A stretch of DNA of 64,000 bases from an uncultured Candidatus Binatia bacterium (lineage in GTDB: Bacteria > Desulfobacterota > Binatia > Bin18), in NCBI GenBank assembly GCA_965200965.1, contig OZ241744.1, positions 2,688,001 through 2,752,000 of the forward strand, given 5' to 3'. Under the pieces are notes generated by a model. It ran no database searches and was not told the DNA's origin. It saw only the letters and a list, made by a program, of their open reading frames with translations. Every line of letters begins with the position of its first letter. Position 1 is the stretch's first letter. This document shows, piece by piece, positions 21,805 to 31,743 of the stretch. The translations under genes and the position numbers were made by a program.

Positions 21805-22071
21805 CTACCCGCCCGGTTTGAGGCCGGGCTGACCATATCTATTCCAGAAAACCGGAACAATAATGACACTCAGCACCGCCCAGCCGCCACAGACCAGGCC
21901 GGAGAGCGCCCACAACCCTTTGGAACATCCGTTTCGACTGGCAAAGACCCAGCACACAACAGCATCCAGCACATGAATAAATGCGGCGGTGTGGACCAGC
22001 CGCTGAAAATCAAGATCATCGCTAAAGAACCGCAGGCCCGTAAAATATCCGAGAAACACCTCAACATTCAT
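21805..22071 (-). CDS. small hypothetical membrane protein
   Basis: MNVEVFLGYFTG... with hydrophobic segments; purine-rich RBS. Confidence 0.55.
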   Translation of the reverse strand: MNVEVFLGYFTGLRFFSDDLDFQRLVHTAAFIHVLDAVVCWVFASRNGCSKGLWALSGLVCGGWAVLSVIIVPVFWNRYGQPGLKPGG

Positions 22072-22093
22072 CCGCTTCTTCCTTTTGCATGCA

Positions 22094-22426
22094 ATGGCTG
22101 AAGAGAAAACACTATTGGAAAAGCTCTGCGAGCTTGGCGAAGAAAACCTCGCGCGGTTTGTCGAAGAACTACGCTCCAGCCCGGTTTTTGCTGAGGGGAT
22201 TGACCGCACCCTGCAGAACGCGGCGGAAACCAAGGGAAAGGTTGACCAGAACATAGCCGCCCTGCTCTCGCTGCTCAACCTCCCCTCTAAGGCCGACTAC
22301 GACAGCCTGGCAGCGCGGCTGGAAACCGTCCAGGGCAGCTTGGTGAATCTCAATCTCAAACTTGACCGCCTGCTGGCCAAACAGAAAAAAGCACGGCATC
22401 GAACCGGAAAGAAACCCAGGCACTGA
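22094..22426 (+). CDS. hypothetical coiled-coil protein, phasin/PHA-granule-associated-like
   Basis: LNLPSKAD..L..RL motif, helical, basic tail. Confidence 0.6.
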   Translation: MAEEKTLLEKLCELGEENLARFVEELRSSPVFAEGIDRTLQNAAETKGKVDQNIAALLSLLNLPSKADYDSLAARLETVQGSLVNLNLKLDRLLAKQKKARHRTGKKPRH

Positions 22427-22439
22427 GCCATTCCTCAAC

Positions 22440-23468
22440 ATGCACACGAACCGTTTGCCTGTCTTTTTTGGGCTCACTATGTTCCACTTTGTCAGCCTGC
22501 TCCTTCTGGCTCAGCCTGGTTCAGCCTGGGACGAGGAGCGTTTTGCCCGGAAAAAGACCACCGCCTACTCCTACAGCCTGCCCGACGGACAGGCTGGTGC
22601 CCGAACCGTGATCGGCTCTCCGCGCAGCTACACCGTCCAGGCCAAAGACACCCTGCTCGATATCGCCCGCTACTTTGATCTGGGCTTTAACGAGATCAGC
22701 GCCGCCTATCCGGACCTCGATCCCTGGCTTCCCCCGCAAGGTTCAGAACTCAGCTTGCCGACCTTCTGGGTCCTGCCCAAAAGTCGCCCTGCCGGAGTCG
22801 TGGTCAATATCCCGGAAATGCGCCTGTACTATTTCCCGGACCAGGAGAAACACGGTGCCGAGCGGCTGGTGTTGACCTATCCGGTTGGCCTTGGCCGCGA
22901 AGACTGGCCAACACCCCGGACGCCGTTTCGGATTCGAGGCAAAACAGTCAACCCGACCTGGGTGATTCCCGAGTCTATTCGGCAAGAACGGATCAAAGAA
23001 AAGGGCTGGTCAGAAACCAGCCTGCCGGGTGGGTCGCCGGATAATCCGCTGGGCAAATATCGGCTGGAATTGAGCTTGTCCCAGGCGTCCGGCGCATACG
23101 CCATCCACGGCACAAACAACCCCTGGGCAGTCGGCAGAATGGTCACCCACGGCTGTATTCGACTCTATCCAGAAGACATTGAGCGCTTCTTTGACCTGGT
23201 TCGGGTCGGCAGCTCTGGCGAGCTGACCTACCAGCCGGTCAAGGTCGGGATGCGGCACGGTCGGGTCCATGTCGAAGTCCACGCCGATATCTACGGTCTG
23301 ATTCCAGACCCGTGGCAAGACGCCCGGCGCGTTGTGCAGGACAGCGGTTGGGCCCATCTGGTTGATCCGGCCCTGCTGGCCCAAGCCCTGCGTGAGCAGT
23401 CCGGCGTTCCGGTTGATGTGACATCCACCACAGCGAACCACGATGACCTTGCCACAGGGGAGAGTTGA
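22440..23468 (+). CDS. L,D-transpeptidase (ErfK/YbiS family) with LysM domain
   Basis: Signal peptide, DTLLDIAR LysM-like, NPLG, IHGTN...HGCIRL catalytic motif. Confidence 0.92.
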   Translation: MHTNRLPVFFGLTMFHFVSLLLLAQPGSAWDEERFARKKTTAYSYSLPDGQAGARTVIGSPRSYTVQAKDTLLDIARYFDLGFNEISAAYPDLDPWLPPQGSELSLPTFWVLPKSRPAGVVVNIPEMRLYYFPDQEKHGAERLVLTYPVGLGREDWPTPRTPFRIRGKTVNPTWVIPESIRQERIKEKGWSETSLPGGSPDNPLGKYRLELSLSQASGAYAIHGTNNPWAVGRMVTHGCIRLYPEDIERFFDLVRVGSSGELTYQPVKVGMRHGRVHVEVHADIYGLIPDPWQDARRVVQDSGWAHLVDPALLAQALREQSGVPVDVTSTTANHDDLATGES

Positions 23469-23872
23469 GCGACCGCATGGAACTCAAAGTCCGGACCCGG
23501 AAAAAAAATGATGTGCTTGACCTGACCAGACAGGTCACCGAACTAGTCCAACAGGCCAACCTTGAACAGGGGGTGTGCCACGTCTATGTGCCCCACGCCA
23601 CCGCGGCAATTATTGTCAACGAAAACGATGATCCGCAGATTAGTCAGGATCTGCTCACAGCCCTGGCTGGTCTCGTCCCCGAAGGCGTCTGGCTGCACGA
23701 CAAGGTTGACGACAATGGTGCAGCGCATCTGAAAGCAACCATCCTTGGTCCGAGCGAAAGCGTTCCTGTCCACCGGGGTCGTCTGGCCCTCGGCACCTGG
23801 CAGGCCATCATGCTGGTGGATTTTGACGGACCGCGCGACCGGACGGTCCTTGTCACCCTCACCAGAGCGTGA
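23465..23872 (+). CDS. yjbQ: YjbQ family protein (secondary thiamine-phosphate synthase)
   Basis: PHATA, NENDDP, NGAAHLK, LGTWQ, DFDGPRDR. Confidence 0.9.
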   Translation: MSDRMELKVRTRKKNDVLDLTRQVTELVQQANLEQGVCHVYVPHATAAIIVNENDDPQISQDLLTALAGLVPEGVWLHDKVDDNGAAHLKATILGPSESVPVHRGRLALGTWQAIMLVDFDGPRDRTVLVTLTRA

Positions 23873-23876
23873 AGAG

Positions 23877-24572
23877 ATGGTACGGTCAATCAAAGACTGG
23901 CCAGAGTCGGACCGCCCCCGCGAAAAACTGATCGAAAGAGGCCCCGGCGCTCTCTCCAACGCCGAATTGCTGGCGATCATCCTGCGGACCGGCAACGCCA
24001 GCAGCGGCCAGACCGCGCTTGACCACGGCCGGGACCTCGTCCAGCAGTTTGGCGACTCTTTCCGTCGCTTGGCCGAGGCCAGCATCACCGACCTGTGTCA
24101 GGTCAAAGGCATCGGCCCGGCCAAGGCCGCCCAGGTCCAGGCCAGCCTGGAAATCGCCCGACGGTTTGCCGGCAGGGAGATGAGGCAGGGCGACCAGTTT
24201 CGCTCTTCGGAGGATGTCTTTCACCACTACCAGGAGCAGCTTGGCGGCCTCAAGAAAGAAGAGTTCCATGTCCTGCTGCTCGACGCCAAGAACCGCAAAC
24301 TCAAAGATGTCCGCATCTCAGAGGGATCGCTGACCTCATCCCTCGTCCACCCCCGCGAAGTCTTTACCGCAGTGGTCCGCGAGTCTGCGGCCGCAGTCAT
24401 TCTGATCCACAACCATCCCAGCGGCGACCCCGTCCCGAGCCACGAAGACCTCCAGATTACCCGACGCTTGCGACAGGTCGGCGAACTCATGGGCGTCCAT
24501 ATCCTTGACCATCTGATTATCGGCAAAGGCCGCTATGTGAGCTTTGTGGACGACGGGTATTGGGAGGCATGA
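23877..24572 (+). CDS. radC: RadC family JAB-domain protein
   Basis: RPREKL, GIGPAKA HhH, VHPREVF, HNHPSGD, LDHLIIG. Confidence 0.93.
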   Translation: MVRSIKDWPESDRPREKLIERGPGALSNAELLAIILRTGNASSGQTALDHGRDLVQQFGDSFRRLAEASITDLCQVKGIGPAKAAQVQASLEIARRFAGREMRQGDQFRSSEDVFHHYQEQLGGLKKEEFHVLLLDAKNRKLKDVRISEGSLTSSLVHPREVFTAVVRESAAAVILIHNHPSGDPVPSHEDLQITRRLRQVGELMGVHILDHLIIGKGRYVSFVDDGYWEA

Positions 24573-25420
24573 GAAACGGGATGGGGCTCAACCGCGCGCT
24601 GGTCGGCAAACAGTATCCAGCTCAGGACTACGGCGTCACGGCCGAGGCTGTGTACAAATACGCCAGAGCCTGCAATGAGGATAACCCGCTCTTTTTTGAG
24701 AGGAGCCATCCCTCCGGGGTGCTTGCTCCGCCGATGTTCGGGGTGGTGATGGGCTGGCTGTCGGTGATGATGGTAGTGACCGATAGCGAGCTCAATGTTG
24801 ATGTGCTGCGGCTCCTGCATACCGAACAGGACATGCGCTTTGTCCTGCCCGTTATGTCGGGTGACATCATTACCAGCACGGCAAGCCTGGTGAGTATTGA
24901 GGAAAAGGCCGGCGGTGAGGCGTTGACGCTTGAGGTAGACAGCGTGAACCAGCGTGAACAGGCCGTCCAACACATGCGCTTTGGGGCCTTCATCCGGGAC
25001 AAGCGGGGACGGGGGGGTGAAGCCTTTGGTCCATCACCTCAGACCCAGCCGCTGCTGCGCGTTGAGCAGTCCATTGACCCCGACCAGACCTGCCGCTACG
25101 CTGAAGCAGCGGGCGACCGTAATCCCATTCACCTTGACGAGCAGGTTGCCAGAATGGCCGGTCTGCCGGGGATTATCGTCCACGGTTTGTGTACTATGGC
25201 GTTTACCGCAAAAGTGATGATTGACCATCTGTGCGACCGTGAGCCACGACGCCTCAAACGGCTCCGGGTGCGTTTCTCACGTCCCGTCTTTCCGGGTCAG
25301 ACCCTTAGCACCGCGGTGTGGCAATCTGACCAACCGGCCGGCATATATGCCTACGAGACATACAACCCGGACGGAAAAGCGGTCATTAAGAACGGGATTG
25401 CCGAAATTGCCCCGACCTAG
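24569..25420 (+). CDS. MaoC/PaaZ-like double hotdog (R)-enoyl-CoA hydratase
   Basis: LLHTEQ and [18 protein letters not shown] motifs. Confidence 0.85.
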   Translation: MRNGMGLNRALVGKQYPAQDYGVTAEAVYKYARACNEDNPLFFERSHPSGVLAPPMFGVVMGWLSVMMVVTDSELNVDVLRLLHTEQDMRFVLPVMSGDIITSTASLVSIEEKAGGEALTLEVDSVNQREQAVQHMRFGAFIRDKRGRGGEAFGPSPQTQPLLRVEQSIDPDQTCRYAEAAGDRNPIHLDEQVARMAGLPGIIVHGLCTMAFTAKVMIDHLCDREPRRLKRLRVRFSRPVFPGQTLSTAVWQSDQPAGIYAYETYNPDGKAVIKNGIAEIAPT

Positions 25421-25848
25421 AACGGCACGTCATCATCGTCCGGTACGGGCGGTGCCTCATAGCCCCCGCCTGAACTGGTACCTTCAGACTCGTACTGCCC
25501 AGACCGGCCCTCACCCCCTCTGCCGCCAATGAACTGGACCCGCTGGGCGATAATCTCGGTGACATAGCGTTTGTTGCCGTCCCGGTCGTCGTAACTGCGG
25601 GTCTGAATACGGCCCTCGACATAGACTTGTCTGCCCTTGGACAGATATTGCCCGCAGGATTCGGCCTGCTTGCCCCAGACTACGATATTGTGCCAATCGG
25701 TCCGTTCCTGGCGTCCGTTTTCCTGATCCATCCAGGTATCTGTGGTGGCCACCGTAAAGTTGGCCACCGCGCGCCCGCTTTGGGTAAACCGCACCTCCGG
25801 GTCTCTTCCCAGATTGCCCAGAATAATCGCTTTATTGACAGCAGCCAT
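25417..25848 (-). CDS. ssb: single-stranded DNA-binding protein
   Basis: [25 protein letters not shown], acidic DDDDVPF tail. Confidence 0.97.
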   Translation of the reverse strand: MAAVNKAIILGNLGRDPEVRFTQSGRAVANFTVATTDTWMDQENGRQERTDWHNIVVWGKQAESCGQYLSKGRQVYVEGRIQTRSYDDRDGNKRYVTEIIAQRVQFIGGRGGEGRSGQYESEGTSSGGGYEAPPVPDDDDVPF

Positions 25849-26001
25849 GTCGGATTCCTCCTTCCCAGGCAAACCTACCAAGCCTGTCTTTTAAGTCAAC
25901 GGGCACGGCTCTCAGCCGGGGCGTCCGTTGCCGATTGCCCGGGGCTTGCGTATACTTCCAAGGCTGAATCGTCTCAGCTTTTGGGTGGAGGGCATTGAAC
26001 T

Positions 26002-27753
26002 GTGATAAACGCGCTTTTCTCTCGGTCTGTACTATCGGTGTGTCTGACGGTCTGTGTGCTGCTTGGCGGTGGGCCGGCCCGGGCCGATCTTTCCCAGTAC
26101 GCCCCGTTTGTTGAAACCGGCCGGCAGGGCATGGTCGTGACCGCCAACGTCCAGGCCAGTCAGGCCGGGCTGGACATGCTGCGCCGGGGGGGCAATGCGG
26201 TGGACGCCGCGGTAGCTGCCTCATTTGCGATCAGCGTGACCCGCCCGCAGTCCACCGGTATTGGTGGCGGCGGGTTTCTGCTGCTGTACCTGGCCCAAGA
26301 AAAGACCGCCCTGGCGTTTGACTTCCGGGAACGTGCGCCCCTCAAGGCCACCCGCGATATGTTTCTGCGGGATGGCAAGGTCGTACCGGGGCTGAGTCGA
26401 ACCGGGCCGCTGGCCGTTGGCGTGCCGGGCCTGGTAGCCGGCCTGGTTGAGGTCCACCAGAACTATGGCCGGCTGCCGCTCTCCGAGGTCATGGGCCCGG
26501 CTATCAGCTTGGCCGAGGACGGTTTTCCGGTCTATCCGTTTCTGGCTAGGGCCTTGGCCTACCGGGAGGAACTGCTCGGCAGTTCTGCGGCCACCAGGGC
26601 GGTGTATTTTCGGCAGGAGCGCATCTTGGCCGAAGGCGAGTTGCTGGTCCAGACAGACTTGGCCAACACCCTGCGGGCCATTGCTGCCGAAGGCCGGGAC
26701 GCCGTGTATCGCGGCCCGATTGCCGCCGCGATTGTGGCCGAAATGGAAACCCGGGGCGGGCTTCTCACCGCTGCCGACCTGGAGAACTATACCGTCCTGG
26801 CCCGAACGCCGCTCGCCACCAGCTTTCAGAACGCCCGGATTTACTCCATGCCGCCACCCAGTTCAGGCGGGGTGCTGATGATCCAGATGCTGAAGGTGCT
26901 GTCGGGTTTTCCAGTCCAGAAGTTTGGCTTTCAGACCCCCACCGCCACCCATGTGCTGGCCGAGACCCTGCGGCTGGCCTTTCGGGATCGGGCGCGGTAC
27001 TTGGGCGATCCCAATTTTGTTGATGTGCCGGTCGAGATGCTGATCTCGGACGACTATAGCAGTACGCTGCGGGCTACCATTGATCTGGCCAAAGCCAGCC
27101 CGAGCCGGGATATTCCTGAGGCTCCGGCCAAGATCGAATCAACCAGCACCACCCACCTGTCGGTTATCGACGCGGCCGGCAACGCCGTGTCAACAACCCA
27201 GACCGTCAATCTGTTCTTTGGCAGCGGCGTGCTCGTGCCCGGAACCGGCATTCTGCTCAACAATGAGATGGACGACTTTGACGCCCAGCCGCACGAGCCG
27301 AACGCGTTTGGGCTGCTGGGCAAAACCGATGCCAATGCCATTGCGCCGGGCAAAACCCCGCTCAGCAGCATGAGTCCGACAATTGTGACCCGCGACGGAC
27401 GGGTGTACCTGGTGGTTGGCGGTCCGGGCGGGTCACGCATTATCAGTTCGGTCCTACAGGTCCTGCTCGGGGTTCTGGCCTATGAGCAGTCGCTGCCGCA
27501 GGCCATGTTTGCCCCGCGCATCCATCATCAGTGGTTCCCCGACCGGCTCGATGTGGAGGTCTGGGAGGGCGAGCAGGACAAGGGCCTGGTCAACGCGCTG
27601 GAGCAGATGGGCCATACGGTGCGGGTGCTTGAATCCGGCCCAGGCAAGTTCTCCCGCTTTGGCAATATCCAGGCGTTGAGCGTTGATCCAGACACGGCCC
27701 TCATCACCGGGGTTGCCGATCCTCGGGCCGGCGGACGACCACGCGGGTTCTGA
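26002..27753 (+). CDS. ggt: gamma-glutamyltransferase (exported)
   Basis: Signal peptide, GGNAVDAAVA, SGIGGGGF-like, TTHLSVID autocleavage Thr, LNNEMDDF, PLSSMSPT. Confidence 0.95.
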   Translation: MINALFSRSVLSVCLTVCVLLGGGPARADLSQYAPFVETGRQGMVVTANVQASQAGLDMLRRGGNAVDAAVAASFAISVTRPQSTGIGGGGFLLLYLAQEKTALAFDFRERAPLKATRDMFLRDGKVVPGLSRTGPLAVGVPGLVAGLVEVHQNYGRLPLSEVMGPAISLAEDGFPVYPFLARALAYREELLGSSAATRAVYFRQERILAEGELLVQTDLANTLRAIAAEGRDAVYRGPIAAAIVAEMETRGGLLTAADLENYTVLARTPLATSFQNARIYSMPPPSSGGVLMIQMLKVLSGFPVQKFGFQTPTATHVLAETLRLAFRDRARYLGDPNFVDVPVEMLISDDYSSTLRATIDLAKASPSRDIPEAPAKIESTSTTHLSVIDAAGNAVSTTQTVNLFFGSGVLVPGTGILLNNEMDDFDAQPHEPNAFGLLGKTDANAIAPGKTPLSSMSPTIVTRDGRVYLVVGGPGGSRIISSVLQVLLGVLAYEQSLPQAMFAPRIHHQWFPDRLDVEVWEGEQDKGLVNALEQMGHTVRVLESGPGKFSRFGNIQALSVDPDTALITGVADPRAGGRPRGF

Positions 27754-27770
27754 ACAGCGAGGGGGTGGGT

Positions 27771-28946
27771 ATGCGCATTGACGTGGACTACTACAATCTG
27801 GAAGCACTCCTCAGCCAGGAAGAGCGGCTGGTGCGGGACGTGGCGCGGCGTTTTATTGAAGACGAGTTCACGCCCCACATCCAGCGTTGCTTCCGGGAGG
27901 GCCGTTTTCCTCTGGAGCTGATCCCCCGCTTGGGGGAACTCGGCTTTCTAGGCATGACCCTGCCGACCGAGTATGGCTGCGCCGGACTCAATAACATCGC
28001 CTATGGCCTGGTGAGCCAGGAGTTGGAACGGGGCGATAGCGGTCTGCGGTCGTTTGCCAGTGTGCAGTCCTCGCTGGTCATGTATCCTGTTTTTCAGTTT
28101 GGTTCAGACCAGCAGAAAACCTTCTGGCTGCCCCGGCTGGCCACGGCCGAAGCGATTGGCTGCTTTGGGCTGACCGAGCCGGACTTTGGCTCAAATCCGG
28201 GCGGGATGCTGACCCGAGCCCGCCGGGCCCGGGGCGGCTATGTGCTCAGCGGCACCAAACGCTGGATCACCAACGGCTCAATCTCCGACCTGGCCGTGGT
28301 GTGGGCCAAACTTGACGAAGACGGCACAGACGCGATTCGTGGCTTCCTGGTTGAGAAAGAGCGGCCGGGCTTCACCCGTCACGACATTCCGGGCAAGTTC
28401 AGCTTCCGGGCCTCCGTGACCTCTGAGCTGATCTTTGAAGACTGCTGGATTCCCGAAAACAACCTGCTGCCCAAAAGCCGCGGTCTCAAATCTCCCCTCA
28501 TGTGTCTGACCCAGGCGCGCTATGGGATTGCCTGGGGGGCACTGGGCGCGGCCATCGCGTGCTATGAGTCGGCCTTGGACTATGCCAAAAACCGCATCAT
28601 GTTCTCCCGGCCAATAGGCGGCTATCAGCTCGTGCAGGCCAAGCTGGTCACCATGATTACTGCAATCACCACAGGCCAACTGCTCGCCCATCGGCTCGGG
28701 ACACTCAAAGACGCCGGGGCCATGCGGCCCCAGCAGGTCAGCATGGCCAAGATGCATAACGTTGCCGCGGCCCTCCAGATTGCGCGTCTGGCCCGGGACA
28801 TCCTGGGCGGCAATGGCATCACCGATGAGTATCCGGTCATTCGGCATCTGTTGAATCTGGAGACGGTCAATACCTACGAAGGAACGGAAGACATCCACCG
28901 GCTGACCATCGGGCGGGATGTGACCGGACTGAGTGCGTTTGAGTAA
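27771..28946 (+). CDS. gcdH: acyl-CoA dehydrogenase, glutaryl-CoA dehydrogenase-like
   Basis: ELERGDSGLRS, GCFGLTEPDFGS, ARYGIAWG, TYEGT. Confidence 0.85.
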   Translation: MRIDVDYYNLEALLSQEERLVRDVARRFIEDEFTPHIQRCFREGRFPLELIPRLGELGFLGMTLPTEYGCAGLNNIAYGLVSQELERGDSGLRSFASVQSSLVMYPVFQFGSDQQKTFWLPRLATAEAIGCFGLTEPDFGSNPGGMLTRARRARGGYVLSGTKRWITNGSISDLAVVWAKLDEDGTDAIRGFLVEKERPGFTRHDIPGKFSFRASVTSELIFEDCWIPENNLLPKSRGLKSPLMCLTQARYGIAWGALGAAIACYESALDYAKNRIMFSRPIGGYQLVQAKLVTMITAITTGQLLAHRLGTLKDAGAMRPQQVSMAKMHNVAAALQIARLARDILGGNGITDEYPVIRHLLNLETVNTYEGTEDIHRLTIGRDVTGLSAFE

Positions 28947-28947
28947 G

Positions 28948-29607
28948 ATGGTCAGCCAGCGCACCATCCCTAGCGTATTTCGCATCCTGCGGCGCGAGGT
29001 ACCGGGCTGGAACGCCCCGGTTGTCACCCACATGGCTGCTCTGTCGCGCGATCCCTACCAGGTACTCATTGCCTGCCTGCTCAGCCTGCGGACCAAAGAC
29101 GAAACCACCGGCCCAGCCGCCCGGCGGCTCTTCTCGCTGGCCGACACGCCCGAGCAGATGCTGCGCCTGGCACCCGAGCAGATCGAACGCGCCATCTATC
29201 CGGTCGGCTTCTATAAAACCAAGGTTCAGACCGTCCTTGACGTGTCGCGGCGGCTTGTCAACGAATACGGCGGGCATGTCCCGGATGAGATTAACGAGCT
29301 GCTGCGCTTCAAAGGAGTAGGCCGCAAGACGGCCAATCTGGTCCTGACCCAAGGTTTTCGGCGACTCGGTATCTGTGTCGATACCCACGTCCACCGGATA
29401 TCAAACCGCTGGGGCTATGTCTGCACCAAAACGCCCGAACAGACCGAGATGGCCCTCCGCCAAAAACTTCCCAAACAATACTGGATCGAGATCAACGATC
29501 ACCTCGTCGCGCTGGGCCAAACCATCTGCCACCCGACCTCGCCCCGGTGCAGCCAGTGTCCGCTGGAACGCTCCTGTGCCAAGCTGGGGGTTGTACGCAG
29601 CCGCTGA
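28948..29607 (+). CDS. nth: endonuclease III
   Basis: HhH GVGRKTANLV, VDTHVHRI, C-x6-C-x2-C-x5-C Fe-S motif. Confidence 0.93.
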   Translation: MVSQRTIPSVFRILRREVPGWNAPVVTHMAALSRDPYQVLIACLLSLRTKDETTGPAARRLFSLADTPEQMLRLAPEQIERAIYPVGFYKTKVQTVLDVSRRLVNEYGGHVPDEINELLRFKGVGRKTANLVLTQGFRRLGICVDTHVHRISNRWGYVCTKTPEQTEMALRQKLPKQYWIEINDHLVALGQTICHPTSPRCSQCPLERSCAKLGVVRSR

Positions 29608-30836
29608 CCCCTCCGCTTCGGTCCGTCTCTCCGCGTACCAAGCTGGTGTGGGTCGGCCTGCTGTATTTTGCCCAGGGGCTGCCTTTTGGGCTGCTGTTTG
29701 AGACCTGCGCGGTCTACTTTCGCACCCACGGTTTGAGCCTCACCGAGATTGGGCTGATCAGCTTGGCCGGCCTGCCCTGGACATGCAAGTTTCTATGGGC
29801 ACCAGCCGTTGATGTGTGGGGACACCGGCGGACCTGGATTGTGGCCTGCCAGGGCCTCCTGGGGCTGGAATTATGTCTGCTGCTGGTGTCTGACCCGACC
29901 CGGATGAACGGCCTGAGCTGGCTGCTGCTGCTCACCTTCGCTTTTGTGGCCGCCACCCAGGACATTGCCATTGATGCGTATACGATTGAACTCCTCAACG
30001 AAGAGGAGTTGGGTCCGGCCAATGGCATCCGGGTCACGACCTATCGGCTGGCCCTGATTTTTGCCGGTGGGCTGGTGGTAGCGCTGGCCGGCCTGATCGG
30101 CTGGCGAGCCGCCTTTGGGTGTGCCGCGGTCCTGCTTGCCGCGCTGGCGCTGTTGACTACCCGGGCTCCCGAGACGAAAAAACCCGGTCCGCCAACGGCC
30201 GGCTGGGGAGCCCAACTCCGACGCGGCTTCGTTGGACCCTTGCAGAGCTTCTGGCAGCGTCCCGGCGTGGTCCATGTCCTGCTCTTTGTGCTGAGCTTCA
30301 AGCTGGGCGATATGGCCCTCGGGCCGATGGTGCGTCCCTTCTGGGTTGATCGGGCTTTTACGCCTGTCGAGATTGGAGCGGTGCCCGGGACGCTTGGGGT
30401 GGTGGCGACCATTGTGGGAGCGCTGCTCGGCGGCAGACTCACCCAACGCTGGGGATTGTTTCGCGCCCTGTGGACCCTCGGTGCCGTTCAGGCCGCCTCC
30501 AACCTGGTCTACGCCGCCGCGGCCGCCCTGCCGCCGTCCACGCCGCTGATGTACGCCGCCTCGGTCGTCGAATCTCTGTGTGGCGGGCTGGGGACCGCAC
30601 CGTTTCTGGCTTTCCTGATGCGCGTGTGTGACAAGACCCGCGCCGCCACCCAGTACGCGCTGCTGAGCGCCATCTTTGGCCTCAGCCGGTCGGTCTCCGG
30701 CGCGTTTTCCGGGGTGTTAGCCCACAGCCTTGGCTATCCGGTGTATTTCACCGCGACCTTTTTCCTGGCCTGGCCGGCGTTTGTGCTCTTGCCGTGGGTG
30801 CGAAAGTGGATTAGGCAGGAGGGGACTAAGGAATAA
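29547..30836 (+). CDS. ampG: AmpG-family MFS permease (start codon uncertain)
   Basis: LYFAQGLP, KFLWAP, ATQDIAIDAY, ATQYALL motifs. Confidence 0.85.
   Translation: MQPVSAGTLLCQAGGCTQPLTPPLRSVSPRTKLVWVGLLYFAQGLPFGLLFETCAVYFRTHGLSLTEIGLISLAGLPWTCKFLWAPAVDVWGHRRTWIVACQGLLGLELCLLLVSDPTRMNGLSWLLLLTFAFVAATQDIAIDAYTIELLNEEELGPANGIRVTTYRLALIFAGGLVVALAGLIGWRAAFGCAAVLLAALALLTTRAPETKKPGPPTAGWGAQLRRGFVGPLQSFWQRPGVVHVLLFVLSFKLGDMALGPMVRPFWVDRAFTPVEIGAVPGTLGVVATIVGALLGGRLTQRWGLFRALWTLGAVQAASNLVYAAAAALPPSTPLMYAASVVESLCGGLGTAPFLAFLMRVCDKTRAATQYALLSAIFGLSRSVSGAFSGVLAHSLGYPVYFTATFFLAWPAFVLLPWVRKWIRQEGTKE
30779..30825 (+). repeat. 47-bp direct repeat, left copy (3' end of ampG)
   Basis: GTTTGTGCTCTTGCCGTGGGTGCGAAAGTGGATTAGGCAGGAGGGGA, identical to 32712-32758. 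Confidence 0.95.
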
Positions 30837-30934
30837 ACCAACCGCAAAGATGAAGAGTCCACGGCTAATGCGGTGAATGAATTGTTGAGCGGGCTTGACC
30901 ACAATGCAACGGTTATTAACTGATCTCGGAATTG

Positions 30935-31474
30935 CTATGCCCCGCCCCTGCCTCTTCGCCTCCCCCTGAATAGGTCGTGGGGGAGAGACCTGCCCCAAAT
31001 CAGCCTTCCCGTCTGGGCGACATAGGCCAGCGGTATCTTCGGATTGTTGATGTCCTTGCCGCCATCGTTGTGCCACTTCGCTTCCCAGTTCACATAAAAC
31101 TCTTCCATATCATCGGTCGTCATCAGGTAGATCGCAAGCAGTTCAATGTCCTGATATACCGCGAAGATCCACGGGACTTGGCGATACTTCTTGATAATCG
31201 TGGGATTCATGTGATGGTGGGTCGAGAAACTTTTGGTTAGATTGATGTTGACCGACTTCATCTCGTATTCCGTACCGCTGTTGTCGCGCGCGTCGTTGCC
31301 TTCACGTTCCGGGATATTGCTCAGGCTGAGGAAGAGCAGGACCTGTAAGGTCTTGCCCCCGTTGTCCTGAAAGATATCCCTGATACCGTGGCGGGTAGCG
31401 AGTTCCTGGTATCGGCGGATCGCGGGCCAAAGGATGTTCAATTCATCGGCATCAGGATGCGGTTCAAACTTCAT
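30935..31474 (-). CDS. pvuIIR: type II restriction endonuclease, PvuII-like
   Basis: [39 protein letters not shown] match R.PvuII as I recall it. Confidence 0.92.
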   Translation of the reverse strand: MKFEPHPDADELNILWPAIRRYQELATRHGIRDIFQDNGGKTLQVLLFLSLSNIPEREGNDARDNSGTEYEMKSVNINLTKSFSTHHHMNPTIIKKYRQVPWIFAVYQDIELLAIYLMTTDDMEEFYVNWEAKWHNDGGKDINNPKIPLAYVAQTGRLIWGRSLPHDLFRGRRRGRGGA

Positions 31475-31695
31475 TCCGCCTCCCGCAGTAGGTCCATAGG
31501 AGACATCTCAAGCGCGGTGGCAATGCGCTCAATGTTGTCAAGCGAGATATTACGTTCGCCTCTCTCGACCGAACCGATATAGGTGCGGTGGAGCCCGCAG
31601 GCGTCTGCAAGTCCCTCTTGGGAGAAGCCGCGTTTCACCCGCTCTCGGCGCATATTCTTGGCAAAGCGCGTTCGCAGGTCTCGGGTGGTTTTCAC
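31471..31695 (-). CDS. pvuIIC: RM controller (C) protein, XRE HTH
   Basis: [29 protein letters not shown]; overlaps the R start (ATGA). Confidence 0.9.
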   Translation of the reverse strand: MKTTRDLRTRFAKNMRRERVKRGFSQEGLADACGLHRTYIGSVERGERNISLDNIERIATALEMSPMDLLREAE

Positions 31696-31717
31696 GCTTC
31701 AGAAAAAGCCTGTTGCA

Positions 31718-31743
31718 GCCGATGCGTCTACATTCTATAAGTA
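31718..31743 (-). promoter_or_regulatory. C-box operator pair
   Basis: Minus strand TACT-TAT-AGAA-TGTA-GACG-CAT-CGGC resembles the PvuII GACT-N3-AGTC-TGTA-GACT-N3-AGTC layout, ~22 bp upstream of C. Confidence 0.65.

Noticed and set aside
23877-24572. radC as a marker of a mobile element
   Set aside because: Full-length HhH+JAB form embedded in a housekeeping gene run with no mobility genes.
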